DNA from: a virus
Virus record (IMG/VR): IMGVR_UViG_3300027782_000032
Span: 64,001 to 128,000 of that record
Reading direction: 5' to 3' (one strand)
Length of the DNA stretch: 64,000 nt
The notes beneath the pieces are model-generated. The model ran no database searches. It saw only the letters and a program-made list of their open reading frames with translations, and was not told the origin of the DNA. Positions 43,321 to 52,536 of the stretch are shown here, piece by piece. A program made the translations under genes and the position numbers. Each line of letters begins with the position of its first letter. The first letter of the stretch is position 1.

Positions 43321-44118
43321 CTACTTGCAGGTTCTGCACACTCTGAAGCAAAGTCGTGTACGGTCATCTCTGCCGAACCAGCCTTCTGATTCGGTTGGAA
43401 ACATAGATTTGTCATATCCGCCTGATAGAACTACCACTCTTTTCCATTCTATAGCATCAAGATTAGGCACCTTGATCGTAGTTTCCTTATATTTAGTTAC
43501 TTTATACCTTTTATAACCAAGCTTCTTTCCTGCTCCACCTGCAATACATTTAATCTCCTCTCCTGGCTGAGGGCCCTTAGGGTTATATTTAGGTATTTCA
43601 ATACCAGTAGGTGCTCCAGGGTACTCTTCGCTTACCTCTAAGTTCTCTAGGCCTGGGATCCCTGTAGTGTAGTTGCAGCTGTTAAACCGAGACCACGATT
43701 TACCATTCCAGTGGTGGTAACAATAGCTAGAGTACCCTTCATAGCTATAATCCTGACACCACTCGCCTATGGGGTGACTTCTTCGGGCAGTACCTAAAAC
43801 AGAACGTACCCAGGTAAGCTCCAACTCAGCCTGAGTTGGTAGCCTAAATACTGACTTGTTTATCCTACTTTTATTTAGCCGGGTTATGAACTCCTGGCAA
43901 TCATACCAAGACACGCTGGTTATAGGGTCGTCATGGTTTGCGTTCCAAGGGATAGTCTCAGTAGACCACCACTTTCCAGATTTAGTCCTGTTCATACCCA
44001 GCTCATACCACCTCTTTATAGTTATCATAGGTGATATAGCAAACTCTGATACTATTACTGGGTGTCTATACCATCTATCTATAAAACTTCCTTTAAATCT
44101 AACTAGAGTAGACATCAT
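43321..44118 (-). CDS. Divergent FGE-sulfatase (SUMF1/C-type-lectin fold) domain protein (cassette gene)
   Basis: PITSVSWYDCQEF, FRLPTQAELE, GEWCQD, C-terminal CFRVCR; AGGAGG RBS. Confidence 0.72.
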   Translation of the reverse strand: MMSTLVRFKGSFIDRWYRHPVIVSEFAISPMITIKRWYELGMNRTKSGKWWSTETIPWNANHDDPITSVSWYDCQEFITRLNKSRINKSVFRLPTQAELELTWVRSVLGTARRSHPIGEWCQDYSYEGYSSYCYHHWNGKSWSRFNSCNYTTGIPGLENLEVSEEYPGAPTGIEIPKYNPKGPQPGEEIKCIAGGAGKKLGYKRYKVTKYKETTIKVPNLDAIEWKRVVVLSGGYDKSMFPTESEGWFGRDDRTRLCFRVCRTCK

Positions 44119-44191
44119 ACCTCCTGCTTAACAGCGTCAAAGAATAGCTCTCTGACCAGCCCCCGTTTTTACAGGTACGGGTAACCATTAT

Positions 44192-44219
44192 ATTATGACG
44201 CGTTTATAAGACCAATTAA
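44192..44219 (-). promoter_or_regulatory. Cassette promoter P6
   Basis: TTAATTGGTCTTATAAACGCGTCATAAT. Confidence 0.72.
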
Positions 44220-44238
44220 CATAACGAGATATGATGTG

Positions 44239-44283
44239 TGATAGCTAAAAAAGAAACACACCATGCCCGAAGGCATGATGTGA
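44239..44283 (-). terminator. Terminator T7 with AGCTATCA tail
   Basis: CATGCC-TTCG-GGCATG stem followed by a T-rich tract and AGCTATCA. Confidence 0.75.
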
Positions 44284-44291
44284 TCCTTGAA

Positions 44292-44609
44292 TTACGCAAT
44301 CCTTCTTGGGGATTGCTTGATCCACTGCACGACCTCATCCCAGCTCTCGCTGGAGAATTGGTCTTGCTGTGAGTTTGACGACATGTACATACAGCATGAG
44401 TCATCCCAGTCGTTAAGCAACACACAGCTGAACTGCTGCGACTCGGTGTCACAGTCAACCATAACACCGCAGAGTCGCTTAGTACTCTTAATCTGGGCAG
44501 AGCTGCTGCCGTATCCAACCACACGTTTGAACCCTGCTCTACGCAGGGAGTCAGACAGTTTAACGCAGGGCAATAAAGATCTTACTAAAGTAGTCACGAG
44601 AACCTCCAT
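44292..44609 (-). CDS. Hypothetical protein (cassette gene)
   Basis: 105 aa between P7 and T7; exact start uncertain. Confidence 0.6.
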   Translation of the reverse strand: MEVLVTTLVRSLLPCVKLSDSLRRAGFKRVVGYGSSSAQIKSTKRLCGVMVDCDTESQQFSCVLLNDWDDSCCMYMSSNSQQDQFSSESWDEVVQWIKQSPRRIA

Positions 44610-44674
44610 GTAGCTAATAATAACGCAGGCGATGAACTTTAGAGCTCATCTACTAATACCTACGTATACACCTC

Positions 44675-44702
44675 ATTATGACGCACTTATTGGTTGAATT
44701 AA
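44675..44702 (-). promoter_or_regulatory. Cassette promoter P7
   Basis: TTAATTCAACCAATAAGTGCGTCATAAT. Confidence 0.78.
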
Positions 44703-44828
44703 GTTAAGCTAGGTAAGATGGTTCTTAGCTACAAGTCTTGTAGCCAGGCTACAAAAGCACGTCGCTGGCGACGAAAACGTAACATAAGGTAACGGTCACA
44801 TTATGTTACTTGACAATGAGCTGGTTAC

Positions 44829-44864
44829 TGATAGCTAAAAAAAGAGCAGTTTAACGTCCTGCTC
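44829..44864 (-). terminator. Terminator T8 (near-identical to T4)
   Basis: About 50-bp duplication of 42154-42203. Confidence 0.75.
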
Positions 44865-44875
44865 AGGACAGGTGG

Positions 44876-45244
44876 CTAAGCGACTATGTCGGACCAGCCT
44901 CTCAAGTCTGAACGATGTGAAGAAGACTTAGTGGCTATTGCACACAGTTCTTCTACGTCGTTACCGTTAAGGAAAGCTGAGACAAACTTCACCACTCCCG
45001 TCCATGAGTACAACCTGTACTCATAGTCGGCTGGAACACCGCTCAAACCCAAGCTGTCGACTAGTCTTGGACCGCATAGAAACGTAGTGACTAAATATCT
45101 CCCGTCGTCATCCGCCTCAGCCACCAACGCAGATCTATTGGACTCTACGCTAGGAGCAATTAAAGCAGACGAGTAGCTCCTTGACTTTCTAATCTGGTCT
45201 TTAAAGCCTGGTAAATTAGCGTGTAGTTTCTCAATAATAGTCAT
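44876..45244 (-). CDS. Hypothetical protein (cassette gene, MTIIEKLHAN...)
   Basis: Start moved to 45244: AAAGGAGAAATAACCATG, identical to the 11108 start context. The ORF-track extension runs through the leader and into the promoter. Confidence 0.75.
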   Translation of the reverse strand: MTIIEKLHANLPGFKDQIRKSRSYSSALIAPSVESNRSALVAEADDDGRYLVTTFLCGPRLVDSLGLSGVPADYEYRLYSWTGVVKFVSAFLNGNDVEELCAIATKSSSHRSDLRGWSDIVA

Positions 45245-45337
45245 GGTTATTTCTCCTTTAATGAGGGCTACCACAGCCGGTAAGTACAACAGTGCAAGCG
45301 CTCTTACTGAGCTCCTGAACACTATCGTATTCAACTC
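45245..45337 (-). ncRNA. Putative structured 5' leader RNA, copy B
   Basis: Near-identical to 11109-11204; long stem at 45285-45329. Confidence 0.55.
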
Positions 45338-45365
45338 ATTATGACGCACTTATGGGTTGGATTAA
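45338..45365 (-). promoter_or_regulatory. Cassette promoter P8
   Basis: TTAATCCAACCCATAAGTGCGTCATAAT (identical to P4). Confidence 0.78.
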
Positions 45366-45366
45366 G

Positions 45367-45380
45367 TGGAGACGTCTCCA
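45367..45380. repeat. Iterated palindrome copy 8 (directly upstream of P8)
   Basis: Read directly from the sequence. Confidence 0.95.
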
Positions 45381-45386
45381 CTAGCC

Positions 45387-45432
45387 GTCCTATAAAATAA
45401 TAGGACAGTAGGACGATAGGACAGTAGGACAA
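45387..45432. repeat. Four tandem 8-bp TAGGAC(A/G)(G/A) units plus one inverted copy
   Basis: TAGGACAG TAGGACGA TAGGACAG TAGGACAA at 45401-45432; GTCCTAT at 45387. Confidence 0.85.
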
Positions 45433-45448
45433 TTACTGTTGATTAGGA

Positions 45449-45814
45449 TTAAGCCTTGATGCCGCCTATGTCTGTACGCACAATGTCGTGCTCAGATAGC
45501 TCAGACCAATAGATCTCCAAAGCTTCAGTCTCTTCTATAGCTTCGAACTTATGGTTCAAGCCAGGCGGTATCTTAATGCACTCGGTAGGTCTAAGAATGA
45601 TGGTGCTTTTTATAGTACCGTCTGGGTTGTAGCAGCTGACCATCAGCTTACCCGAGACTATATAGAATTGATTCCACTTGTGCTGGTGAAAGTGATTAGA
45701 GCAGTATCCACCTTTGAGAATATGTATGTGGCAGATTTGAAAGGAGTTGTCTAAATGAATGATATGGTTTCGGCCCCATAACTTCTCCTCTTGTCTTACA
45801 GCTAGAACATCCAT
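45449..45814 (-). CDS. Cupin (sugar isomerase-like)
   Basis: KLWG, CSNHFHQHKWNQF, HKFEA. Confidence 0.8.
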   Translation of the reverse strand: MDVLAVRQEEKLWGRNHIIHLDNSFQICHIHILKGGYCSNHFHQHKWNQFYIVSGKLMVSCYNPDGTIKSTIILRPTECIKIPPGLNHKFEAIEETEALEIYWSELSEHDIVRTDIGGIKA

Positions 45815-45817
45815 GAG

Positions 45818-46858
45818 TTAACCCTCTATGATCTTCTTCCAAGATGCATTGAATTTGTTACGCTTAATCTTACGTCCAATCTTAGTGTTCTTGTTAAGGT
45901 CTGCTAAGCCATGATTAATAATATCTGCAGCTAAATTAAAGAACCTATTCGCATCAGGCTTAGCAAACACTATACCATTGGTCGATCCGCCCTGATCACA
46001 TGGTACTAATATTCCGTTAGAGCCATCAACTATTATATTTGATATTGGAGGTATGTTATAAGCTATAACAGGAGTACCCATGTACAAAGACTCTATGCCA
46101 ACTAAACCAAACCCTTCAATCTCAGCAGGCCATATGACTAGATCGTGGTTTCCGTACAGCAGCAAGGAGCTTACACATGTGGTTGTGTCTATAATCGGAT
46201 TTATCTGATGGTTCTTTTTAAAGAAGTGCCTTAGTTCTCTAACCACCTCCCAAGACATACACCTAGGGCTGTACGATATAGACAGCTCAGCATGAGGGCA
46301 CAGCTTGTTTACACCAATGGCTACATCAAACAATGCATCCATGTCACATCTAAGGCCTTGGCTAGAGTGCAGAGGTATGAGTACCTTAGGCTTAGAAGTG
46401 TCTACTCCTCCAATGTCTTTCCTGGTAACAGGTATCAAACTGTCCCACTCAACAGTGGATACATTCTTAAGATCAAAGTCCTTCTTTAGAGTCTCTGCAT
46501 TACTAGGGCTTGGAGCTACAGTATGCGCACATAGCTTAAATGACTTCCTACTATAAGCTGGAAGGCAGTCCCAAGGGGCTAGAGCTATTGTTACTATGTT
46601 CTTACCGACCTTGTGTATTAGATCCTTGTCAGGTGGCACAGGCCATATGATGTGAGTAATACCTTTGAGCCACTGCTCGTAGCTCATGACGTCAGGCGTA
46701 ACTACAACCGAATCCCAATCACAGCCGTATGTGTGTCCTCGTTTGAGCTTACTAAACAAAGTAGTCTCATACCCTATAGAACGCAATGAATCAGACAAAC
46801 GCATTGCCGCATATACGGCATCGTGAGGCTTGTACTGAATATCGAATCCTATTCTCAT
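45818..46858 (-). CDS. GT4-like (GT-B) glycosyltransferase
   Basis: WPAEIEGFGLVGIESLYMGTPVIAY...DGSNGILV. Confidence 0.88.
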   Translation of the reverse strand: MRIGFDIQYKPHDAVYAAMRLSDSLRSIGYETTLFSKLKRGHTYGCDWDSVVVTPDVMSYEQWLKGITHIIWPVPPDKDLIHKVGKNIVTIALAPWDCLPAYSRKSFKLCAHTVAPSPSNAETLKKDFDLKNVSTVEWDSLIPVTRKDIGGVDTSKPKVLIPLHSSQGLRCDMDALFDVAIGVNKLCPHAELSISYSPRCMSWEVVRELRHFFKKNHQINPIIDTTTCVSSLLLYGNHDLVIWPAEIEGFGLVGIESLYMGTPVIAYNIPPISNIIVDGSNGILVPCDQGGSTNGIVFAKPDANRFFNLAADIINHGLADLNKNTKIGRKIKRNKFNASWKKIIEG

Positions 46859-46868
46859 ACTGGGCCTA

Positions 46869-47495
46869 TCAATTATGCGTGAACAGGTAGCCTTCTACCT
46901 TGGCAGGTTTGAACTCTGGTAAATTTGAAAGGTTCTTTACAAAAAACCAGTCAGCAGCAAAGTCATCGCTGTCCCATTTAACCTTACTGCACAAGCAAGA
47001 GCTTGCTATCCAAGCGCCTCCGTCAATCAAACCTCTCTTTAAAGAAGTATTAACTGGAGACCACAACTTGTGACTATGTACCATGTTGCAGTAAACGAAG
47101 CTAGCCTTATCGGAGTAAGCTTTAGACAGCATCCATTCAAAGTATACAGGAACATACCAGCAGTCTGCATTCATAGTGCATAGCCAGTCGCATCCGTCAT
47201 TGACTGCCTTGTCTAATCCAGGCTGTCTCATGCTATGACCGTGCTTTCCAACCCTAGAAGAAGTACATGATAAGTCAAACCTTGCGTCTTCTCCTATTGC
47301 TAGCTTGCAGTTAGCTAAAGCCTTGGTGTCTAGCCAAGGACCATCGTGTGATATATAAGCTTTGAAGTTGTGATAGGTCTGAGCCTTTAACGCGTATATG
47401 AGGGAAGACAGTGAGTTGGCTTGATTGTACGTAACTAATGATATGCCTATCTTAGCGCTGGCTGGTATGTTTGACTTAGGCTTCCAGTACCTCAT
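46869..47495 (-). CDS. GT2-like glycosyltransferase
   Basis: ISLVTYNQ, SHDGP, MNADCWY. Confidence 0.8.
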   Translation of the reverse strand: MRYWKPKSNIPASAKIGISLVTYNQANSLSSLIYALKAQTYHNFKAYISHDGPWLDTKALANCKLAIGEDARFDLSCTSSRVGKHGHSMRQPGLDKAVNDGCDWLCTMNADCWYVPVYFEWMLSKAYSDKASFVYCNMVHSHKLWSPVNTSLKRGLIDGGAWIASSCLCSKVKWDSDDFAADWFFVKNLSNLPEFKPAKVEGYLFTHN

Positions 47496-48241
47496 GAGTC
47501 TCTCCTCAAATGTCCTTTTCCTGCTCCTTTACCACTAGGCTTTCTAGTAACGCCACGGTAATGAAACACGAAGCTTGAGCAAGCTACTGCACTTGTTATA
47601 CCTAGCTTCTTCCACCTTCCCATTAACTCGTCTTCATTACGAGTCATCTTGTACTTTGGATTGAAGAACAAGCCTGGGCTCATAGCTCCCATCAGCCAAG
47701 TGGTTGCTTTAGCAGCTATGCAGAAACCGTTTAGAGGTGAACTTACAGTTTTGCCTGAATGAAGACGAAGCAACTCAGACGACACCTTTGATATGTAGAC
47801 GTCTGAGTCGCTAACTTTAAACTCTGGGTAGTACTTAATGACGTTTTGGCTAGCTCTGTGGCCCGGCGCATTCGTCGTCGGACCCACTACGCCTGCGCCG
47901 CCTTCTAGAGCCTCTTCGATTCCCAGCATCCAGTTCGGTGGAAACTTCAGGTCTGAGTTCCCCGCTACTATTATCTTGGGGTTTTGGGTCAACGCTAGCT
48001 GTATTCCCTTGTTCCACGACCTTGTCAGGTTCTTGTCGTTCTTCTCGAACCTGTACAGGAGCAGCCGGTGCTTCGGATACTTCTCCCATATGGCAGGATT
48101 CCACAACGGGCTCCCGTCGTCCACAAGTACCGCCAAGCTGTTCGCAGAGCTCGCCAGCAGGCTTTCCACAGCTATCTTCGCATAATCGAACTGATTGTAC
48201 GTCGGTATTACAACAGCCACCAGAGGCTGGAAACGTCTCAA
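47492..48241 (-). CDS. GT2-family glycosyltransferase (TTG start)
   Basis: VVIPTYNQ, LVDDGS, GNSDLKF. Confidence 0.85.
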   Translation of the reverse strand: MRRFQPLVAVVIPTYNQFDYAKIAVESLLASSANSLAVLVDDGSPLWNPAIWEKYPKHRLLLYRFEKNDKNLTRSWNKGIQLALTQNPKIIVAGNSDLKFPPNWMLGIEEALEGGAGVVGPTTNAPGHRASQNVIKYYPEFKVSDSDVYISKVSSELLRLHSGKTVSSPLNGFCIAAKATTWLMGAMSPGLFFNPKYKMTRNEDELMGRWKKLGITSAVACSSFVFHYRGVTRKPSGKGAGKGHLRRDS

Positions 48242-49763
48242 CAGCTACTGGGCTGGCCTCCTCCTCTTTAGCTGACTTAGTTTCAATAGCTTCATCAATT
48301 GAAGGCACATTGTCGATGAAAGTGTCGATTGGATTAAACTCTTGAGGCTCAGGATCAGGTAGTGGAGACGCCTCCAATAGGAGCAGCTCTTTAAGTCCTT
48401 CAAGCTTTGTTGGAGTCAGCTGGTAATCACAAGATGCTAGAATGCACCTTACGTGCCCTCCTTCAACTTCGTCAGAAGGTAAAACTTCTTCTAAAGTAAC
48501 TCCGTAGTTGTCCTTTAGGATACTGTAAGACTTGCTAAGGAAAGCTGAACCTATTGAGTAGTTAGATTGAATGCAGTTGTTTATTACTATCTTAGTTCCT
48601 GGCACGCACAGCCTAAGTATGTGTGCAAAATCAGACGCTATAGTCTCTGGTGACCTGCCGCCATCAATGCTTACTATGGTAACGTTAGGCATGTCAGCGG
48701 TTGCGGTTGGTAGGGTTTCTCTAGTATCACCTTTGATAAGCTGAACTAAGCTAGCACCTGCAGCTGTAATCTTCTGTCTAGCTAAATCCCTGCTTGCTGG
48801 ATCATGCTGGCCCTTTAGGTGCTCCCTTTCTTTAATCTGTTCCGTAGCTTTTTCAAACATGTCAAAACCGTAGAACTCAATGTTAGTCCTACCAAGCCTC
48901 TTAGCTAAAGCTACTAAGGTAGCTGACCTGTCTGCGTTATGTACGCCAATATCGAGTATGCGGTAAGGCTTATTCTTCTTACTTTCGTTAATAGTGGAAT
49001 TAACTGCTAAAGTAAGGTGATCGTATCTGCTCATCTCTGACTCCTTGTTAAAAGGTAACTCTATTCCAGACCTATAATACTTAGATATGTCTTTAGGCTT
49101 TGGAAGCTTAGACAAACCAAGCTCTTTTCTAAACTGTGCATAATCCTCTTGATGCACGTCTCCGCCACATCCCAACAATGGATATAGCGACAATACAGCT
49201 ACGCCTGCCTTCTCTCTAGCTAGCCTCCTAGCTTTATAAGTCCATAGTCTATACTCTCTATAGACTTCTGAAGCAGATAAACCATGAAACTGAATATGCT
49301 GGTCATGCCCGTGATGGTCACCAGCTATATCGCCTAGGTCTACTCCGACTAGAATAACAGATCTAGCACCCATGCGACAGGCTAAATCAATAGCTGTTAG
49401 CTGTATTCCTTTTCCAAGGAACAAAGTATCAGACTTACCACCTATGAACTCCTTCCATTCATAAGAGGTATAAAACACATATATTGACGGGTCATTAAGC
49501 CGTAAAAACGTTGGAGCTTTATGCTTCACTAGCCACTTAGTTGGCTTTACCTTTTTAGCTTTAACAAGCTCTCTATATTCAACCTCAAGCTCTGGATGCA
49601 CAGTTATGCTGTACATAGGTTCAATAAGCTTATAGGCTTGATTAAGACCTATCGTTACTCTTCCTTTAAAGAAATTCTTTGGAAACAACCTAGCTGTAGG
49701 CCCTGTTCCAACCACATATATGTCTGCACCAACGTGCTTCTTAATTAAAGTATTTATTCTCAT
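47850..49763 (-). CDS. DUF115/MptE-like domain joined in frame to a class I methyltransferase-like domain
   Basis: YVVGTGPT...IGLNQ...ILVGVDL; then ILDIGVH...GFDMF...IKGDT...SIDGG. Internal AAGGAG+ATG at 49034; the C-terminal 130 aa overlap the GT2 gene. Confidence 0.7.
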   Translation of the reverse strand: MRINTLIKKHVGADIYVVGTGPTARLFPKNFFKGRVTIGLNQAYKLIEPMYSITVHPELEVEYRELVKAKKVKPTKWLVKHKAPTFLRLNDPSIYVFYTSYEWKEFIGGKSDTLFLGKGIQLTAIDLACRMGARSVILVGVDLGDIAGDHHGHDQHIQFHGLSASEVYREYRLWTYKARRLAREKAGVAVLSLYPLLGCGGDVHQEDYAQFRKELGLSKLPKPKDISKYYRSGIELPFNKESEMSRYDHLTLAVNSTINESKKNKPYRILDIGVHNADRSATLVALAKRLGRTNIEFYGFDMFEKATEQIKEREHLKGQHDPASRDLARQKITAAGASLVQLIKGDTRETLPTATADMPNVTIVSIDGGRSPETIASDFAHILRLCVPGTKIVINNCIQSNYSIGSAFLSKSYSILKDNYGVTLEEVLPSDEVEGGHVRCILASCDYQLTPTKLEGLKELLLLEASPLPDPEPQEFNPIDTFIDNVPSIDEAIETKSAKEEEASPVAVETFPASGGCCNTDVQSVRLCEDSCGKPAGELCEQLGGTCGRREPVVESCHMGEVSEAPAAPVQVREERQEPDKVVEQGNTASVDPKPQDNSSGELRPEVSTELDAGNRRGSRRRRRRSGSDDECAGPQS

Positions 49764-49772
49764 TGATCACCG

Positions 49773-50537
49773 TTAGTCAATAAAGCTTTTTAGATACTTC
49801 TCATAGTATGGATGTAAGCCCTGTTTTGGTCTACTGTCTATTCTAGGAGCTGACCACAGCCTAAGCGCATGTATGAAGTCTCCCCTAAGCACGTCCTTAC
49901 TAGCTATAGCCTTAGCTAGTTCAGACTCCCACATTGCAGCTAAAGAGTGGTCTGGCTTATACCAAGGCTGCTCAGGCTCTTTTGTGTAATGAATAAGTCT
50001 AGTAGTTGACTCTTCATAAGTATTAAGATGGTTCCAATAGTTAGGGATGCTCATTGGCATCTCTTTCATAAAAGTAAGATGCATAAAGTTAGGGTAAGAG
50101 TACCCGTTCTTTAACATATTCCAAAGTTCCTCTGGAATCCAACCACAGGTTTCGCAGTTTATAACCATTACAGATGTGTTAGGCCAAGGGTTCTTAGGGC
50201 TAAACTTGTCAACTTGATAAGTACACGCTACCGACTGAGCACCGGTCATAAGCTTTGAATAGTTCCATAACTCAGCAATATCGCCCAGCACCAGCTGATC
50301 TGCGTCAAGGTATATGGCATGTCCTTCAAATCCGCACGCTGCTGGAATCATAAACCTTCTTAGGCTAAACCCAGTCCCTTGGTGCAAGCCTCTTGGAACT
50401 TGCCAAGAAGGTCCAACCATGGCAGTAATCTCTACAGGCATAGAGCAATGCCTTCGTATAGAATGACCGAGCACGTCAAGCGGTACCTTGGTCTTCTCTT
50501 CAGTGCCTACAAATATACGTATCGTTTCTTCTGTCAT
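49773..50537 (-). CDS. GT8-like glycosyltransferase
   Basis: FSLRRFMIP, AIYLDADQLVLGDIAELW, LIHYT...PW. Confidence 0.82.
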   Translation of the reverse strand: MTEETIRIFVGTEEKTKVPLDVLGHSIRRHCSMPVEITAMVGPSWQVPRGLHQGTGFSLRRFMIPAACGFEGHAIYLDADQLVLGDIAELWNYSKLMTGAQSVACTYQVDKFSPKNPWPNTSVMVINCETCGWIPEELWNMLKNGYSYPNFMHLTFMKEMPMSIPNYWNHLNTYEESTTRLIHYTKEPEQPWYKPDHSLAAMWESELAKAIASKDVLRGDFIHALRLWSAPRIDSRPKQGLHPYYEKYLKSFID

Positions 50538-50606
50538 AGCTTGTTCCTTAGTCCAGCAAAGTTAACTTAGCGAGCTCCTTAGTTAACGCAAACGCGTTTC
50601 CGTGAA

Positions 50607-51221
50607 CTAAGGAACTTTGAATAAAGGTTTTACACTAACTCCAAAGGTTTTGGAAGCCAACTTAAACTCATTGTACTGTCCTTTAAATGAAGTCCTTCCG
50701 TTGGCAAGCCTAGACTCCTCATTAAATGCCTTAGAGTATTCAGTACCCTCGTCTACTCCAAGCGTAAATATTTCTTTTACTCCTGAGCTGGCTAACAGGT
50801 TTACAGCGGCGACAGCGCTAAACAGCTTTACCCTAACCACTGGACCTGACTGTATCATAAGCTTGCTAGATCTAGAGCTGTTGTACCACAACACCGGAAC
50901 ATTTACGCTCAAACTCTTATCAGAGAACAAGTTTAGAGCTGTTTTACCACAAGGCACAAAGTTAACGTGAGGCTCCCAAGGTGTTACAATATGTTGGCAA
51001 AGGTTATCGCTTACCGACGTTTTGATTACGTCAAAATCAATAACATGACCTAGCAGGCATGGTATCTTAAACATGACATGGTTTAAACCAACCACGTGGT
51101 AAGAGTCTAAATCTATATCTGCAACCCTATCAAATGATGGGCCTTTGCCTACTATCAACCAAGGCTTGTAAAACAGATTAGACTTAAACCAATCAAAGAA
51201 ACTGATTAGGTTTAAGGTCAC
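50607..51221 (-). CDS. DUF115/MptE-like (sialyltransferase-like Rossmann) protein
   Basis: LIVGKGPS, VGLNH, IFTLGVD. Confidence 0.65.
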   Translation of the reverse strand: MTLNLISFFDWFKSNLFYKPWLIVGKGPSFDRVADIDLDSYHVVGLNHVMFKIPCLLGHVIDFDVIKTSVSDNLCQHIVTPWEPHVNFVPCGKTALNLFSDKSLSVNVPVLWYNSSRSSKLMIQSGPVVRVKLFSAVAAVNLLASSGVKEIFTLGVDEGTEYSKAFNEESRLANGRTSFKGQYNEFKLASKTFGVSVKPLFKVP

Positions 51222-51985
51222 AGATTGTTACCATTAACTAAAACATCTAAATAGGTACCAGGGCTCTCTACAAGCTTCTTAAGCATCTTGGCTTCTGAAG
51301 CCTCATGGTCTTCTATACGAATGTAATGATCGCACATACCTGATACTGCTAGTCTTGTTAACTTAGGAAACCTGCTACCTGCTCCGTGGTGGTAAAACAT
51401 ATGGCCGTATACAGCACCCAGCAGCGGGTGGTAGTTAACCTTGTTTGTCCTTATCAAAGGTACAATCTTATTCATGAAAGGAACTAGTCCTGTACCAACG
51501 TCGCTTACTTCCTTACCAAGCATATTAAACGTAGACTTTGGATCGAAGCTTGCATCAGAATCAAAGAACTCTTTACTAGCAAAGAAAACGCAAGGGTGAG
51601 GAAACACGTCAAAGTTCTCAAACCTTACTACTGCAGCAGCTATCCTATTCTTCATCTCTAGCATTCTCTTGCATATAGGGAACCAGTCAGCCCTAAATGG
51701 AAAGGCATCGCTGTCTAGTAACAGCAGCCACTTATAGTCGCTCTCTTTAAACGCTTTTACTATTGGCTTGAGGCCGTCAGCATGTCCCTTGTTATTTTTA
51801 AATGAAGCTATTACTTTGTAACCCTTTTCAACCCATGGCTCTTCCATGGCAGCGTTTAGCACTACGTGCTTATCCATCTTAACGCCTATAGACCTGTTTA
51901 AAAAGAATGACTGTAGGTTTGACCAAGCTTCGTTCCTGTTAGAAGTAGAGGCAACGGTCGCCATCATAACGCTATCTTCGTTCAT
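51218..51985 (-). CDS. GT-A fold glycosyltransferase-like protein
   Basis: WLLLLDSDAFP DxD motif. Confidence 0.6.
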   Translation of the reverse strand: MNEDSVMMATVASTSNRNEAWSNLQSFFLNRSIGVKMDKHVVLNAAMEEPWVEKGYKVIASFKNNKGHADGLKPIVKAFKESDYKWLLLLDSDAFPFRADWFPICKRMLEMKNRIAAAVVRFENFDVFPHPCVFFASKEFFDSDASFDPKSTFNMLGKEVSDVGTGLVPFMNKIVPLIRTNKVNYHPLLGAVYGHMFYHHGAGSRFPKLTRLAVSGMCDHYIRIEDHEASEAKMLKKLVESPGTYLDVLVNGNNL

Positions 51986-52008
51986 GCTATACCTTTCTTT
52001 TTAAAAGT

Positions 52009-52536
52009 TTAATCTACATCTACTAAGCTATCAGACATTGCTAACTTAGGTGCATCGCTAGTTCTTACTCCGTCTATATATACAGCACACCAAAAGTTAT
52101 AGCCATCCTTACTACAAGACCTACCCATTCCAAATTGAGTATAGTCGCCTAGAATGATGGGTCTATGAGTTAAAGAGTTGAACCAAGTCTTCATAACTGC
52201 TGATGGGTCATCAGTCATGGAGAATGATATGCACTCTCCTATGTTGGAAGGCTCTTCTCCAACTATAGTTAGCCTCTGAGAAGGCCCAAAGAAGCTAAAG
52301 CCTAAATGAGAAACAGATTGTGTATTAGCCATCCACACAGCATGAGCCTGAGCGACTGTGCAGCAGCTCTCACTAATGACTAACGGAGCTAGGTCGTACA
52401 CGCTCCTAGTCTTGTTGTGTAGGTCCAACATTGTATTGCACTCTTTGCTAGTTGGCATGTCTGCATCCCTGCCTTGCTTGCGCCTCGATGATACATCGAA
52501 GAGCATGCTTAAGAAGCTACTGATCACATTCATCAC
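52009..52536 (-). CDS. CAP (SCP/Tpx/PR-1) domain protein
   Basis: LHNKTR...LAPL...AQAHAVWM...SH...WFNSLTHRPII. Confidence 0.85.
   Translation of the reverse strand: MMNVISSFLSMLFDVSSRRKQGRDADMPTSKECNTMLDLHNKTRSVYDLAPLVISESCCTVAQAHAVWMANTQSVSHLGFSFFGPSQRLTIVGEEPSNIGECISFSMTDDPSAVMKTWFNSLTHRPIILGDYTQFGMGRSCSKDGYNFWCAVYIDGVRTSDAPKLAMSDSLVDVD

Noticed and set aside
43321-44118. Diversity-generating retroelement target
   Set aside because: No reverse transcriptase and no template/variable repeat pair seen in this window.
45245-45349. N-terminal extension of the 44876 gene
   Set aside because: It overlaps the promoter and the leader duplicated at 11109, where the equivalent start context defines the ATG.
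42154-45380. CRISPR array interpretation of the recurring promoter/palindrome repeat
   Set aside because: Intervals are 0.5-2 kb and contain whole genes; there are no uniform 25-45-bp spacers and no cas genes.
42154-45380. Integron cassette array
   Set aside because: No attC-type GTTRRRY/RYYYAAC structure recognised, no integrase in the window, and each unit has its own promoter and terminator.
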